Below are positions 1 through 10,722 of a DNA stretch of 64,000 bases, one piece after another (the stretch's first letter is position 1; the number at the start of each line of letters is the position of its first letter). This stretch comes from Lama glama (taxonomy: Eukaryota). The stretch lies in NCBI GenBank assembly GCA_028534125.1, contig CM052817.1:100194001-100258000 (forward strand), written 5' to 3'. The translations under genes were made by a program, and so were the position numbers. The notes under the pieces are model-generated. The model made no database searches. It had not been told where the DNA came from and was given only the letters and a program-made list of their open reading frames with translations.

Positions 1-268
1 TGATTGGTCTGGTACCAGTTGGGCTGAAGCCCCCTCCTCCAGAGGGGAATGACCACGAGGCCTGTGGTGGCCGGCCGCAGTAGTCTGTAAAGCCTGCTTT
101 TGCTTTTCCCTCCCGAAGTTCACACCTGAGTCCCCCTTGTCATCACTCTCTTGCAAGAACAGGCCAATCCAGAGCCCAAAAGCCATCAACCAGAGTCTGA
201 GAAAAGAGACTGCCACCCAGTGACTCAAATAAAGATGGCCTTTATGGCAGCCTCTAGCCAGCCTATAC

Positions 269-457
269 CTGGGCCTGTTTCATTGCAGTCAGCCTGCCTC
301 GCCCCACCAGCTGGGGAAAGCGAGAGAGCTGAGACAGGGCGTCCTTGACGCTGGGCAGAGGGAAGAGCCCGGACGTGGTCTTTGTTGGCATTTGGGGGAA
401 GAGAGCAGAGGGAGGGGTGGAGAGGTGCCTTGTTCTGCTGCTGGAGGCCAGCAAGGA
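269..457 (-). other. Candidate internal exon (189 nt) of an unidentified minus-strand gene
   Basis: On the minus strand a long T-rich tract ends in ttattgcacAG (acceptor at 459-458). The segment ends at CAG|GTATAG (donor at 268-267, a weak match). Length is a multiple of 3 and two frames are open. No homology recognised. Confidence 0.45.
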
Positions 458-607
458 CTGTGCAATAAATGAAACGATGCAAAACCAAGTAAAGTAAAAA
501 CAAAACAAAAACCCCACAGCAATCGTATCAGCAGCAGAAAAGCAGAGTGTGAAGAGGAGAAGGAGCTATGTCTGAGGTGTCCCTGGCAGGCAGAGCTGCC
601 GCCCTAC

Positions 608-1400
608 CTGGAGAAACCCGGAAGGGGAGGCATGGGTGCCTCAGTGACACCAGAGGGGCGCGGACGGCTGCCGGGGGCCCGAGGATGCCGGGTGGTGGGC
701 CCTGCTGCTCATGGTCCTCTTCAGTCATTACTGGTGCATTCTTAGTTTCAGCAGCAGCTCTGGCTTCAAAAGAAGGGATCGGACTGAATCCCTGATGCCA
801 GGGAGAACAGAATATGGACAAGGTGGAGAGACACCTGCGGGAATTTATCTGAGGACTTGATGACCATCCTCTCTCTAAGCCTCTGCCTCCTTGATCAGTA
901 ATGTCAGGAAATGTTCCATCCTTTGACTTTGAGAGCTTCTTGTCCTGCTTCTTTGGGAAGGCTTTGCTGTTTCTTTTCAGATCTCCTTTTATTTGTCAGG
1001 CAGTACCTCCATGCTTCTCAGAACACAGTTCCCCAGGGCCCCAATCCGCCCTGGGTATCCTGTCCTGAAGCTTCCTGCTCATCCATTTGGAGACTCAGCA
1101 CTTCAGTAGGCCACACTGCAAAAGGAAGAGAAAGCCACTGCTTTTACTGCTCCTAGGTGAACAGCTGCCAAGCCAGGCCACCCGGCCCGTGGTGCAGCAC
1201 AGTGATGCCCAAGGTTGGTCGTGCAGCCGAGCGAGAGCAGACCTCGGAGGCAGCTGTAAGCGAGGGGGCAGCCAGGCGACTCCTTCCCTCCTTCCTCTCC
1301 TCTGCACCTCCCTCGGCCTCTCGGAAGGCTTTCAGGAAGATACCCCCCCTCCCTGCTTTCCCCATGTGTCGGTGAGGATTCTTAGCTCCCTTGGCGTAAA
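608..1400 (-). other. Candidate first exon / 5' leader of the same gene (5' boundary unknown)
   Basis: Repeat-free sequence with CpG-enriched parts, ending at a good donor CAG|GTAGGG (GT at 607-606), 150 nt upstream of the acceptor at 458. ATG at 728 is open to the donor. Confidence 0.35.
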
Positions 1401-2230
1401 AAAGAAAAGCGATGGTTATTTACATCAATATAGCATCTCACGATTTTAGGAGCATTTTTTAAAAATCTACTTACCAAAACTGAGTGTACTTTAGGCATAA
1501 GATGGAGATGAGGCGGGAGGAATCACAAAACTTGGTTACGTCTCTTATCATCACAGAATCTGTCTCGTCCTGTTGGTCGCTCTGTTAACATAGTTTGGAT
1601 CTGATTCCGGTGCCCCTTTTTGTCCTTACAGCCGAATTCCTTCTGTGCTGTTAGCTGGGTGCAACCGTCTCCCCCCCCCCCGCCCCCCAGCAAATGCTAC
1701 AGCCGAAGATCCCTCCGCAACTGCTGACTTCACTCAACGTAGTGAGACACGCCCCCGCTGTTTCCCCCCTCTTCCTCCTCCTCCCCTCCCCTTCTTCTCC
1801 CTTCCCTCCCTGCCCCACTGCTAAATATTATTTGCTGTCATCAGCACCCCCATCACATCTATGCTCTCCCTGTATCTCGGGGATGGGGTGAAGCCTGGAA
1901 ACCATACAACCCAGCCTCCTTAGCTTCCCGGTGAGAAGCCGTCCGGGGAGATTTGGAAGGCAGGAAAGGCTCCCCCTCCTCTGGAAGAAGTACGGCAGAC
2001 GTCCGGGCTGCAGCGGGCATGGGTTTTAGCAGTGGACCCCACGTCCCACTGTCAGCCGCAACGTCAGGTGCAGGGGAAGCTGTGAAGTCCGCGGCAGTTT
2101 CCTGCAATTTCCTGACCTGGGATTTGAGGACCACAGTGGTGATCTCTGGAGCATGGTCTAAAAACTGTGGGGGTGGGGGGGCGTCGTTCCCCTAAATTCC
2201 CTCCCTTTTGCGCAGCCAGCAATTTTGCTC
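1150..2230. promoter_or_regulatory. CpG-enriched promoter-like region
   Basis: CpG density is visibly higher than in most of the window and no repeats are recognisable. It has a C-run with a GC-box-like core (~1670-1689), a polypyrimidine tract (~1765-1815) and a CRE half-site (ACGTCA ~2060). Confidence 0.55.
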
Positions 2231-2298
2231 ACACTTCATTCTCTTCCTGCCTGCGATACCTCTTTCTGCTTAAAATTCAACCTCTTTTTGCTGGAAAT

Positions 2299-2474
2299 AC
2301 AGCCGTGGTTCTCAGAGTGGTCCTGGTCCAGCAGTGTCACCATCATCTAAGAATCTGTTAGAAATGCAAATTTCTGGCTCTGCCCCAGACCTACTGAATC
2401 AAAACCTCCCTCAGTCTGTGTTTTAACAAGCCCTCCGGGCGATTCTGAGGCACACTCAAGTGTGAGATCTGCTG
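2299..2474. mobile_element. MER5A-like hAT-Charlie MITE
   Basis: Typical core gttagaaatgcaaatt...ccccagacctactgaatca...ctgtgttttaacaagccctcc. Confidence 0.85.
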
Positions 2475-2589
2475 TTCTATAGGGGAATTTATTTTCCTGT
2501 CACAAACTCTGACGTTCACACATCTTCTCAACGTGTTTTTTTTTTATAATATAAAAACATATTGCTTTTTTATAAAAACATTTTTATTA

Positions 2590-2975
2590 TATAAAAATGT
2601 AAAGTACTGTGTTTATTGTAGAAAATTTGGAAAATAGAAAAAGTGTAAATAGGGGAAAAAAAAACTCACAAAATTCCACCCTTGAGAGTTAGCTGTGTTA
2701 ACCTTTGGGTTTCCCTCCTTTCAGTCTTCTCTCTGTACACCTATTTATGTGTGCAGTTATGTAACCGGTCTGTTTTGCATCTGTTTTGTATTCATACACC
2801 GTTATATAAGGGACATTTCTCTGTGTCATTAAATATGCTTATTTAAAGCCTACTTAGCTTTCCTTGTTATGGAAGTACTATAATTAATTAGCCATTCTCC
2901 TATCGAAGGATGTTGATGCTGTTTCTGGGCTTTGCTATTATAAATGAATGCCACATTGGACATTCTTAAATAGAA
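2590..2975 (-). mobile_element. Old L1M (L1MC/ME-like) 3' fragment
   Basis: Degenerate antisense L1 3' motifs (ttgtagaaaatttggaaaat; tttgctattataaatgaatgc). Confidence 0.6.
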
Positions 2976-3657
2976 TCTTGTCCCATTCCTGGCTGTCTCA
3001 TTGGCATGAAAAGACAAATTAGGATACGGATGAGAACAGAGATTTAGACAGGACAAGACTGGTCCCTTTCTAAGCAATGGCTCCTTGTACGTGGAAATGA
3101 AGTAGAGACCTTATGGAGCTTACCAGGCAGGTGGGGTGTCAAGACAGACAAGGAGAGGGATTTAAAAAGTTGCTTCTTCTTACTTCTGAGCCTCAGTGAG
3201 GGTTGTAAGAGCAGAAGCATTTTAGAAGAAAGTGGAAGCAAAATGAAGCAAAGCGAGTGATTGTGCTCTCGTCCTAGAAACCCTTCCTCAAAGGTGGTGC
3301 GTGCTGGTGCTGGCTGTTTATAAGGGCTCAAGACTCAGCCCAAACTTGTCTCTCAGCCTGAGCCATGGCATGAACCTGGGGAGGCTGGTCCATTCTTCCA
3401 CGGCTCTCGGGATGTCCATCTCTGCTGGATGGGCTGAGGACTTCCTTAGAAATCCCGCCTGAGGTCTGGGCACATGATAGGTGTTTCAGTGATATTTGCT
3501 GACTGAATAAGAATGGGAAAAAAAGGATGAACAGAGTATTTCTAAAAGCCCAGACATGCATGGTGTGATCTCAAATGTCACGTGATTTAAGGATTCTCTT
3601 TAAAATCTCGTGCTTAAAAAACGGATTTGCATCCCAACGTGCATGAAACAAAGGGGC

Positions 3658-3793
3658 TTTTTTTTTTTTTGGCTTCTTTTCAGAGAGTAATTAGGTTTCT
3701 GTATTTATTTTTTAATGGAGGTACTGGGGATTGAACCTAGGATCTTGTGTGTGCTACGCATACACTCTATCCCTGAACTATAACCTCTCCCCC
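3658..3793 (-). mobile_element. vic-1-type camelid tRNA-derived SINE
   Basis: Antisense tRNA-like head (ggaggtactggggattgaacctagg) plus taattaggttt segment and T-tail. Similar to the copy at 22678. Confidence 0.85.
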
Positions 3794-3984
3794 AAAAAGG
3801 GATATACTTACTTCTTTTTTCTGCTGTGGGTCTGTCTACAAATATATACTGGAGATCGACCGCATTCCTGGTATTGTTTTTGTGCAGGAATTAAGTTCTT
3901 CCTGCTTTCAGGGAGTTTATATTTTATTCTGTGAAGACAGACAATAAATATTCAGACAAATCAATCGTGCTATGAGGAAGTTAA

Positions 3985-4240
3985 GGGTTTAGCCCTACAG
4001 CATGATGACGAGAGCGGACACTGCTGTGCGGTATATTTGAAAGTTACTGAGAGAGTAGATCCAAAAAGGTCTCATCACAAGGAAAATGATTCTTTTTCTT
4101 TGTAACTATATAAGGTGATAGATGTTAATTAAACTTATTGTGGTAATCAGTTTGCAATAAATATACCAAGTCACTATGCTGTACCCCTTAAATTTGTACA
4201 GAGCTGCATGTCAATTATATCTCAATAAAACTGGAAAAAA
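3985..4240 (+). mobile_element. L1MA-type 3' end
   Basis: tatatttgaaagttactgagagagtagat...tcaattatatctcaataaaactggaaaaaa, an L1MA9-like 3' UTR with poly(A) signal. Confidence 0.8.
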
Positions 4241-5049
4241 GAAGAGTTTAGTTTGAAGCATAGTGACCAGAATGGTAAGAGGTGTTACGTTCTTTTGTCA
4301 TTTCACATTTCCCTCTACAGCAGTAGAGTCTGTGGAGGGAGATAGTTGTCCTGCCTTAAATTCATTTGCAAACCAGTGAGCCAGGAATCTCAGCACAGCT
4401 TTCAACTCTGACCCTATAGTGGGTGTTGTAGGCTTGGACAGAGCCATAGATTTTATGCCCTAAGAGCCTTCACATGTTAGTGCCCTGGATCTAGTGATGT
4501 GGGGCATGTCTAGGTCTTGACATGACTTGATTAGAAATGAAATGGTATTTCAATAAATAGGTAGTCAGTATAATCAAGAACAATATACTTAAGAACACTT
4601 AGCTGTGGCCAGGATCATCTCCCATGCCATTTCTTGTCAATCGGTAGGGATGGTTTAGAACACTGCCTTGAGAATTCCAACTTCTGAAGGAAGTAGAGGT
4701 AAAATGAAGCACCCTAGGAATCTAAAAGTAGTATGTTTTGAGGCTAATGAATGCTGTGGTTTATAAATACACAGGGAATTACCCCAACTACTTTTACTGT
4801 CTGATCCAAGACATCAGGCAGTGGGAAAGGGTGCAGTGATTGATTGGTGATGTCTGCCATGAGCCCAGTAATAAGTACAGTGGTCCAACTGCTACTCTAG
4901 TCCCATGGATGAATGTGTTGAGTCCTGTCCAGGCTCCAGTCCACAACTGAACATAACTTTTCAGTAACCGCACAAGGCTTAGGAAATTAAGTATTATGCC
5001 AAAATGTCAAAGTACAGTATGACCCTATAGTGAATAGGAAAGCCTTAAT

Positions 5050-5382
5050 GGCTTATGGGAGTAGCATGGAATATTAGAAAGGCCATTGGACTCCTTGGTG
5101 TCATAGTCCCTACAGTCCAGGTTTTTTGAAACGCTTGCAGACTGCATGAACTTTAGAAGGTCAGCTTCTTGTGTTAAGCATCAGCTTCTTTATATATACA
5201 TAATATTTATATAAATATTATTTTATAATAATTATGTGTAATTTATATTAACATATAAATTATATTATTATACACATATTTTATATAACTATATATTATA
5301 TTTCAGCCTAATAATATCCATTCTTCCTACTTCACAGGGGTTTTATGAAGATCAAACAAGATCATGCGTAGGAGAGCACTTT
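5050..5382 (+). mobile_element. MIR interrupted by an AT-rich low-complexity tract (~5190-5300)
   Basis: MIR core-like cctacttcacaggggttttatgaagatcaaacaagatcatg after a (TA)-rich insert. Confidence 0.6.
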
Positions 5383-5385
5383 CTT

Positions 5386-6122
5386 CTCTTTTTTTAGTGA
5401 AGTATATAGTTGATTACAATGCTGTGTCAGTTTCTGGTGTACAGCATAGTGATTTGATTATACATTTATATACATATTCTTTTTTATTATAGGTTATTAC
5501 AAGCTATTGAATATAATTTCCTGGGCTATCCAGTAGGACCTCATTGTTTACATATAGTATTTTTTATCTGCAAATCTCACACTCCAAATTTATCTCTCCT
5601 CCCCACCCCCTTTCCGCTTTGGTAGCCATAAGTTTGTTTTCTATGTCTGCGAGTTGTTTCTGTTTTGTAAATAAGTTCATTTGTATCTTTTTAAAAATAT
5701 TCCATATATAAGTACTAATATGCAATATTTGTCTTTCTCTGTCTGACTTACTTCACTTAGTATGATAATCTCTAGGTCCATTTATATTGCTTCAAATGGC
5801 ATTATTTCATTCTTTTTTATGGTTGAGTAGTATTCTATTGTATATATATATCACATCTTTTTTTATCCAGTCCTCTGTTGATGGACGTTTAGGTTGTTTC
5901 CATGTCTTTGGCTATTGTTAATAGTGCTGTGTGAACATTGGGGTGCACGTATCTTTTAGAATTAGAGTTCCCTCTGGATATGTGCCCAGGAGTGGGATTG
6001 CTGGATCATCTGGTAAGTCTGTTTTTAGTTTTTTAAGGAATCTCTATAGTGTTCTCCATAGTGGCTGTACCAAACTACATTCCCATGAACAGTGTAGGAG
6101 GGTTCCCTTTTCTCCATACCCA
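5386..6122 (-). mobile_element. 5'-truncated camelid-type L1 (ORF2 end plus 3' UTR)
   Basis: Antisense L1 3' UTR and ORF2 tail. Degraded TSD-like ggagagcactttctt / ggagacctctttctt. Confidence 0.9.
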
Positions 6123-7116
6123 GGAGACCTCTTTCTTAAGAGCAGGGCAAAAACCAGCTGCCATCATTAGTGTGCTGGTTACAGTGAAGCTGCTTCTTTC
6201 CTCCCCTCCCTTCTAGTCTCTTTTTCAAAGAGACAGCCATTTAAGCACCAGAAAGAACAGTTCAGTTTCTAGGTTGCAGGCTTCTCTTAGTGAAATGATT
6301 TAAAGCCATGTGTAAATAGCACATACATTTATTATGACTTGGGTCCAAATTGAGGATGTGTCTATATACGCACATGTGCAATCTCCTCTCTGCAGCAAAC
6401 CGTGAAAAACACAGCAGCCTCATAAAAAACAAAGCTACTTTCTTCCCAACTCCTGACAGCTCAAATGGCCTTAAAATAAATGGGCAAGGTTCACTCCACA
6501 CACCTGTGCAGTGGAGTTTTTCTGAATCAGACAAATCTTGAGTCTCTCAGGAAACGTCAGCCCAGAGAGTGATGCTCGCACTCCTGGTATTTCGAAGCCT
6601 GACTGCTTCCTGGTGATTTACCCAGGCAGCTCTCTAGGCACAAGTGTATGGAATCTCTATTTATTCACTCCGGAGAAACACACAAACAAAAGTTAGCCCT
6701 GAGACCAAGTTCATCAAAAAGTTTTTAATAGAGCACTTGAAGGACCCGAGGCGAGCCCTTGGAGCTGTAACCAGGTGGCACAAATCATTTTCAGCCTCGT
6801 TAGCGAATACAGAGGATGCTGCGGCAGGAGATTACTTCCTGTGTTATTCAGCTGCATGTCACCACCCCAGCATTTAGTCATCTTGGGGCTTGGAATCCCA
6901 TCTGTAAAGCCAGTTGTTAGAACTGGTGAGACAAGACGGCTTCCTTTCCTTATTTATGAGAAGAGAGACAGGGAAAAAAAGTCAAGAGAGCCCTGTGGTT
7001 ATAGCTGGGGATGAAGCAAATCAAATACTCCTCTAGGCTTTTAGTATTTGAAAGAGGCCACGTGGCTGATGTGGGAGGGCCTATTGCTTTCACGTTCATG
7101 AAGGAAAGGCATTTTG

Positions 7117-7156
7117 GGTGTGTGTGTATGTGTGTGTGTTTCTTTGTGTGTGTGTT
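7117..7156. repeat. Interrupted (TG)n microsatellite
   Basis: Directly visible. Confidence 0.9.
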
Positions 7157-7589
7157 CCAGTCTTGAAGCTACTCTCTAAGTGTGAAGGGAGAGCTTGGGA
7201 AGCATCAATTCCATTGGCCAACCAGGCAGTGCTGTACTTACTAGTCCATAGCATGCCTTGTGGGAATTAGAAAAGGCACACCACACTCAAGACTTCTTAC
7301 TTCCAACTGCTGGACAATTGTCATAATACGCTGAATATTTTCAAACAGGACACTTTATGGCCACCTGTCAGAAAACTCACGATACAAATGTAAATCTACA
7401 GTGTCTTCAAAGTGAAGGCCACCTCTTTGGATGTGCTGCTCTTACATTTCACATGACCTAAACAATTGTACATGTTGGCCCTGCCATCCATGCAACATGT
7501 AGCAAACTACTGGGGAAAACCAGCTGCTAGGTGGAATAAACACTCATTCAGAACCAGCTTGTAACATACCCTAAAATAATTTCCTTGTG

Positions 7590-8290
7590 ATGTAAATAGC
7601 CAAATTTAAAAAATAGCAATACAAATTAGATGATATATTTGCATAGAAAGGGATTTTAAAACATAAAAATAATTTTTAAAATTACTAAAGAAAATAGATG
7701 TGTCTCCTAAAAGTCTAAAACATCAGTAAGTATGTCAAAAAAAGCACTGTATGTCAAGTTTAAAGCACAACTGAGAAAAAAATGTCTTTCACAAATATGG
7801 TAAAATAATTAATATTCTTAATAAGCTGATAATACTTTGATTAGGGAAAAAAAAGACCTCAAAACAATAGGAACACTATTGTGAATTATTGACAGAAGAG
7901 GCAATCAATTAGCTAATAAAACATTTAGCCTTATTAGAGGTCAATAAAATAATTAAAATGCCCACTAAATACTCTTTTATCAAATTAAAAAATATTTAAA
8001 ATGGCTCAACTTAATGCTAGTGTAGCACTATAGTGTTAATGTGTACAACACTTCTGCAAAGCTATGTGGTATTTTGTATTAAGAATCTTTCAACCAACAA
8101 TGCCATCCCTAGCATTCCACAATCAGATCATCAGAAATATGGAAATATAACAGTAGGACAAAGGTTAAATGAATTATGATAAATTCATAGAAGTATGAAT
8201 TTTATAACTCTCAGAAGTGAAACTTAGGGAAACATTTATGTCATGGGGAAGCACCCCTAAAAATGTCAACTGAAAAAATAGGATGAACAA
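7590..8290 (+). mobile_element. Highly degraded L1M fragment
   Basis: A-rich sense-strand L1 ORF2/3' end-like motifs. Confidence 0.5.
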
Positions 8291-9302
8291 CTGTGTGTCT
8301 TGGGGATTCTCAAAGTTGAGATTGGTGGATGGGCTTCAAAGGATCTGAAATTTTGGTGTATATGTATTTCTTTCTGAGATAAGTTTATCTGGTTTATACC
8401 TGGTACTCCAAGGCATCCAAGATCCAAAGGAGACAAGAAGTCCTAGGAGAGTGAAATTGAGCCCAAACCACTGACTCCTGGCATGAGCACTCCTCCCATC
8501 CCCTCATGCTGCCCTGACCTATAACGTGCCAAGAACTGTACCAGCAGCTACAGACCCAACGACAGGCGAGAGCTGATATGGTTCATAATCTCAGGCAACT
8601 CAGTCCAGCTGAAAATGCAGATATTAAAATAATCCTACAGATCCATGCGTGACGGTAAAATGGACAAGCGCTTTGAAGCAGAATTTCGAGGTGCAAGGGC
8701 ACTTCTCATATGAGATGATGAATGTGTGTCTAGTGCTTAGAATAGCACCTGGCAACAACAGTGAGGGCACAACGGATGTCTAACAGGGCAGGGTTTTCAC
8801 AAGTGACCATCCTCTGCGAGACGGGGGCTGGGATAACAGCTTTCTTTGTGGAACTAACTGATTTTAATATCTGATTCTGAGACCCAACTTGCCCACCTAG
8901 CCAACAATGTCAAACAAACACATGCAGGTTAATCAGTCCAATCTGGTGACTTCCAATGCCACCCTCTTCAAGACTCATGGCCTAGGGGAAGCGATGGAGG
9001 TACAGTCACCTCCCTGCCTGTGGATGGGTCCCCTCCGGGTCCCCCACTTGCCTCTTTGGGCAGCCTATAGAGACTGACTGTCAACTCCTTCCCCCTACTA
9101 ATATTTAGATCTCTTTCTAGAGCCTGAAAGACTTATTTATGCCCTCTACACTGCTTTTGAGGTGGGACTTGTCATGTCCAAGTGCAGCCTCAGCCATCCC
9201 TCTGGCTGGTCCCACACCCGGGGTGTGAGGTGGGCCTGCAATGCTTCCCCGCCCAAGGCATAACCAGGACAGGGCCCACCAAGCTATCTTCTCTCAGATG
9301 CT

Positions 9303-10722
9303 CAGCTGGCCTCATGGGTGTGTGACCCCAGCAGTCCCAAGGGCTTCGTGCTCAGGAGGGCCCATACTTGGTCTAATGCCCTGCTATCACTGTCTTGAAA
9401 TTCTTAATCGTTTGATCTTGAACTTGTGTTTTGTCAGTAAAGTAATGTGTGCCCATGTGCAGAGAGGAGATGCGATTTCTTCCTGCCCCGTTCGCAGACA
9501 TTGTTCACCATCCCCGGTGAGCACAATGTTCAGGTGGATGGATCAGGATGAGCGGGAGCTGAGAGTGGAACCATCGTCAGCATTAAGTCTGTTAAGAACA
9601 AAGTGCTTCATTTGGAGTCTTAAAAATCGCAGTTTGAGAGACACGGATTTGGGTAAAATTGAGAGTGTTCCAGGGAAGACAACAAGTCAGGGGCTTAAAA
9701 AGACAAAAACCCACAATGTTAAAGTTGCCTGGTGAGAACTGATTGATTCTGACACAAGTCAGGGAATATCTGTCTTTAAGGAATCATGAGTTGTTGTAAG
9801 GTGGGGACCTGATAAGTACATGGACTTTCACCAATTATTTTAGGGTAAATATCCTGGCAGATGTTCTGGATGTCCTGGTTAGCACAATAAGTGGTCAAAA
9901 GGTCAGATTCCAACTGGCCTGTGACGTGCCTAAGTCCCATTTCCTCAATGGCCTCCCGGGTCTGTTTTAGAGAGCTCTCTTAGCAAGACTGACTCCATTT
10001 TGATCTTCCTTTCACAAGTGAGACTCAAGCAGGCACAAGGTAAGTGTGCTGCCTCTGTGATTAAGCGGAGGCTCTGACATCCCTGAGAGGCCACGTGTTC
10101 CACTGGAACCAGACCTTGACATTGCAGGTAGAAAGACGGCAATGGCCTTCTAAAATCAAAGACGACCAAGGAAGACCATTGCATTCTTTCTTGCTCATGT
10201 TACTTCCCTGTGTTGACCCACCACTTGGTTGAAAATGAGGACATAGAAGGAGAGGGGAAGAGAGCAGCCCATGGTTTCACCTGCCCTTCGATTCTTCCTC
10301 ACCCCTTCGAAGCCAAAGGTAGACGCAGTTGGGAGAGGGTGCTTATCAAGAAGAGAAATAAAACCAGTTGAGTCAGTTTGGTGCAGTGTTTCTGCTGCTC
10401 TGGAAAGAGTGAGATACACACGCATGTGCAAGCTATGAAATCCAAATTGTGTCATTTCGATGATTCCGCATACAAGTGTTTTAAATTTGCATTAAAACCC
10501 GGTATTACACAAGATCAAGCAGCATGGTAAAATTCAGGAAAAGAATTTAAAATTGTAATTTCTCTTTACTTAGAACAGTAAATAGCAAATAAATAATGCC
10601 ATGACAAGCCGAGAGAGAGGCAGCAGAAGAAAAGTAAAAGCTATTTTTCTCCCTGTCCTTTTCAAATAAGAAGCCTACGTTTTTGTTTTGTCCTAAGCCT
10701 CACAAATTATATAACTGGTCTT
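9303..10722 (+). mobile_element. hAT-Tip100 DNA transposon (Arthur1/MER69-like), split by an LTR
   Basis: 5' end ctcatgggtgtgtgacc...tgtcttgaaattcttaat. Internal sequence resumes at 10017. 3' end cacaaattatataactggtc. Confidence 0.75.
9566..10016 (-). mobile_element. ERV1-class solo LTR
   Basis: TG...CA termini. The minus strand starts tgtgaaaggaagatcaaaatggagtc. 4-bp TSD-like agag/agtg. Confidence 0.7.

Noticed and set aside
1..186. Minus-strand frame from ATG 186 open to the window edge (MAFGLWIGLFLQ...)
   Set aside because: Only 62 codons are visible, no homology recognised, and it lies downstream of the candidate donor at 268, so it is probably intronic.
647..661. CTCF-like acaccagaggggcgc
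   Set aside because: One extra base in the core relative to the CTCF consensus; not convincing without data.
1087..1449. 120-aa ORF containing RPVVQH, reminiscent of a short motif I recall from SRGAP3
   Set aside because: Six-residue coincidence; the flanking residues do not match.
9241..9735. 164-aa ORF
   Set aside because: Spans a DNA transposon end and an LTR; no domain similarity.
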